Shown: positions 24,089-25,566 of the stretch, piece by piece
Layout of the letters: each line of letters begins with the position of its first letter
Position numbering within the stretch: the first letter of the stretch is position 1
From: Chitinivibrionales bacterium
Lineage (GTDB): Bacteria; Fibrobacterota; Chitinivibrionia; Chitinivibrionales; WJKA01
Direction of reading: 5' to 3'
DNA: 25,566 nt
Assembly (NCBI GenBank): GCA_038247415.1
Contig: JBBRUX010000050.1
Coordinates: 1-25,566 of the forward strand
Program-made: the position numbers and the translations under genes
The notes under the pieces: model-generated
Database searches by the model: none
The model's input: the letters and a program-made list of their open reading frames with translations, nothing else
Told to the model about the DNA's origin: nothing

Positions 24089-25405
24089 ATGATTAATCTT
24101 TTTAAAACTATTATATCTGATTTCAACCAGGAAAAGTTACCACACTGTTTCCCGAGGTTGCTTTCTAGTGCGGATTTGCCCAAAGATATTCATAAGGCTG
24201 TTGCATATGTTGGCATGCGTCGATCGGGAAAAACGTATGCGATGTATGACAGAATGCAAAGTCTTATTACTTCTGGAATACAATCAGAGCGTTTTGTCTA
24301 TGTCAATTTTGAGGACGACCGGCTCAGCGTTCTAGACAGCTCAGCGTTCCAATCAATATTAGACGCATGGTATGAATTGTTTGGATCAAAGATACCTGAT
24401 AAGAAGCCACTACTCTTTCTGGACGAAATCCATGCTATTGATGGCTGGGAAAAATTTGTTAGAAGAGTGATCGAATCGCGATCCGCCGAGGTATACATTT
24501 CGGGATCTTCAGCAAAAGTCCTCTCAAAAGAGATTGCCACATCGCTAAGGGGAAGAACCTGGACACAAGAAATTTTCCCCTACTCATTTCAGGAATACCT
24601 TAGTGTATTCGATCTGAAAGAGCAGGACCGAGCGGGAACTCGTGGGCGCGCAAGAGTTATGGAGCTGTCGCAGAACTATCTGCGTTTGGGAGGATTTCCA
24701 GAAACCGTGGCTATGTCAAATACTCAACACCGGATTCTCCTCCAGCAATATATCGATGTAGTTATGTATCGTGATCTGATTGAGCGGTATTCGATTACAA
24801 ATGTTTCAGCGGTACGAGAAATCATACGCTACTGCATGCATAACCCTGCGTCACGATTGAGTGTAAACAAGCTTTACCACAGATTGAAATCTGCGGGAAT
24901 CTCTCTGGGAAACAACTTGATTTATGATGTTATGGAGTATCTGCAAGATGCGTATTGTTGCTTTTCGGTACCGCTCTTTACTCATTCGAGTTCTCGACGA
25001 GAAGTAAATCCCAAAAAAATATACCCGGTAGATCCTGGACTAATAACCGCATTTTCCATTAAGCCGGCATTCGAGTTTTCGGCCCGGCTAGAAAGTGCGG
25101 TTTTTTCATGCATACGACGGTCATATGAGTCAATCTATTACCATGTGACAAAATCGGGATTTGAAATTGATTTTTATATGCCTGACGCACCCAAAAAAAA
25201 CAGGCTTGTTCAGGTATGTGTAACTTTGAAAAACGAAGAAACACGCCAACGCGAAATACGCGCAGTATTAGAAGCCATGCAGGAACTTGACATAAAAGAG
25301 AGTGTCATTGTCACCGAAAATGAAACCGGTGAACAAATAACGCAACAAGGGAAAATTCATATAATTCCATTTCCCTTTTGGATACTCCAATACCTTGGCT
25401 CATAG
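24089..25405 (+). CDS. AAA+ ATPase of the AAA_14 + DUF4143 family (uncharacterised ATP-binding protein)
   Basis: 438 aa. Walker A GMRRSGKTYAM and Walker B LLFLDEIH. Conserved ISGSSAKVLSKEIATSLRGR. The C-terminal domain (GFEIDFYM...RLVQVCV) has the DUF4143 restriction-endonuclease-like layout. Confidence 0.8.
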   Translation: MINLFKTIISDFNQEKLPHCFPRLLSSADLPKDIHKAVAYVGMRRSGKTYAMYDRMQSLITSGIQSERFVYVNFEDDRLSVLDSSAFQSILDAWYELFGSKIPDKKPLLFLDEIHAIDGWEKFVRRVIESRSAEVYISGSSAKVLSKEIATSLRGRTWTQEIFPYSFQEYLSVFDLKEQDRAGTRGRARVMELSQNYLRLGGFPETVAMSNTQHRILLQQYIDVVMYRDLIERYSITNVSAVREIIRYCMHNPASRLSVNKLYHRLKSAGISLGNNLIYDVMEYLQDAYCCFSVPLFTHSSSRREVNPKKIYPVDPGLITAFSIKPAFEFSARLESAVFSCIRRSYESIYYHVTKSGFEIDFYMPDAPKKNRLVQVCVTLKNEETRQREIRAVLEAMQELDIKESVIVTENETGEQITQQGKIHIIPFPFWILQYLGS

Positions 25406-25504
25406 CTCATATTTTAAATCTCAACATTTTAATCTTGAATTTGACAGCGGAGAACAACTATTTTTCTCCATCAAAACAAAAATCCCAACCCGAGGAGTTG
25501 ATAC

Positions 25505-25566
25505 ATGTTAAAGAAACTATGCCTTATGCTGATTCTTTCCCTTGCCCCTGTAACTATCGTAATGGC
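25505..25566 (+). CDS. 5' end of an ORF encoding a probable signal peptide (MLKKLCLMLILSLAPVTIVM...), truncated by the window end
   Basis: ATG at 25505 preceded by GAGGAG 8 nt upstream. The N-terminus is hydrophobic. Only 20 codons are visible. Confidence 0.3.
   Translation, partial: MLKKLCLMLILSLAPVTIVM

Overview
This 25.6-kb window is bacterial chromosomal sequence. GC content is about 47% by eye. Several genes have Shine-Dalgarno sites.

Genes found, in order:
- the 5' end of an archaeal/eukaryote-type prolyl-tRNA synthetase, running off the window edge
- a stand-alone AICAR-transformylase (PurH C-domain) gene
- a tightly overlapped minus-strand operon: acidic TPR giant protein, M24 Xaa-Pro aminopeptidase, PilT ATPase, FecR-domain protein
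- an EamA/DMT transporter
- a COG1579 zinc-ribbon coiled-coil protein
- a tRNA with anticodon CAU
- a UvrD/PcrA-family helicase
- a YbgC-type thioesterase co-transcribed with an orphan sigma-54 (NtrC-type) regulator
- an AsmA-like membrane protein
- a CoA-binding protein
- a Gly-rich secreted protein
- RsmE

The 3' third (about 18.9-25.6 kb) is more AT-rich and reads as accessory sequence. It carries three features of interest:
- A compact module: SPFH/Band-7 (PF13421-like) protein with a C-terminal SHOCT domain, a tandem TFIIB-type zinc-ribbon protein, and a small membrane protein.
- A decayed two-component locus: a LytS-like kinase N-box fragment fused in frame to a LytTR response regulator, amid short imperfect repeats. 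It sits upstream of a long structured leader and a two-domain lipase/esterase-like protein.
- A GC-rich non-coding remnant followed by an AAA_14/DUF4143 ATPase.

No rRNA, CRISPR array, transposase or integrase was seen.

All calls come from reading the sequence and the translated ORFs. No database searches were run, so family assignments are from memory of conserved motifs.
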